In this document: positions 63,969 to 64,000 of the stretch, piece by piece | Layout of the letters: the number at the start of each line of letters is the position of its first letter | Position numbering within the stretch: position 1 is the stretch's first letter | DNA from: Octopus bimaculoides | Taxonomy: Eukaryota | Reading direction: 5' to 3' | NCBI RefSeq assembly: GCF_001194135.2 | Contig: NC_068990.1 | Coordinates: 67,980,494-68,044,493 of the forward strand | DNA length: 64,000 nucleotides | The notes under the pieces: model-generated | Database searches by the model: none | Seen by the model: the letters and a program-made list of their open reading frames with translations, nothing else | Told to the model about the DNA's origin: nothing | Made by a program: the position numbers and the translations under genes

Positions 63969-64000
63969 GTGATATCAGACAGAATTGTTAGAACATATGT
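63470..64000 (+). mobile_element. Head-to-tail SINE family C copies with (ATT)n spacers and a family D fragment
   Basis: Copies at ~63470-63665 and 63785-63925, with a third starting at ~63965. Confidence 0.75.

Overview
AT-rich, microsatellite-saturated eukaryotic DNA with 11 assembly gaps. The repeat repertoire strongly resembles an octopus (coleoid cephalopod) genome; this is inference from recalled repeat families, not a database hit. No intact long protein-coding ORF, rRNA, true tRNA or CRISPR array is visible, and most ORF-track entries are microsatellite artefacts. The window is dominated by mobile-element debris: three tRNA-headed SINE families (with CORE-like, Meta-like and Deu/Nin-like central domains), many RTE-LINE 3' tails and RTE-derived non-autonomous elements, a decayed Mag-type Gypsy element lacking integrase (25.8-28.7 kb), two R4/Dong-like RLE LINE remnants, a Penelope-like GIY-YIG remnant with 150-bp inverted arms, and hAT, Mariner and piggyBac-like MITEs. 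Several short plus-strand segments with good splice signals suggest this may be a gene with long introns; two of them splice into an in-register WD40 repeat (low confidence). The most notable observations are two copies of a minimal hammerhead-like motif sharing a non-canonical core, a pre-miRNA-like hairpin at 37339-37395, and a LINE 3' end carrying three tandem C2H2 zinc fingers. Repeat boundaries are read by eye and approximate unless stated as exact. I found no well-supported wholly new biological system.
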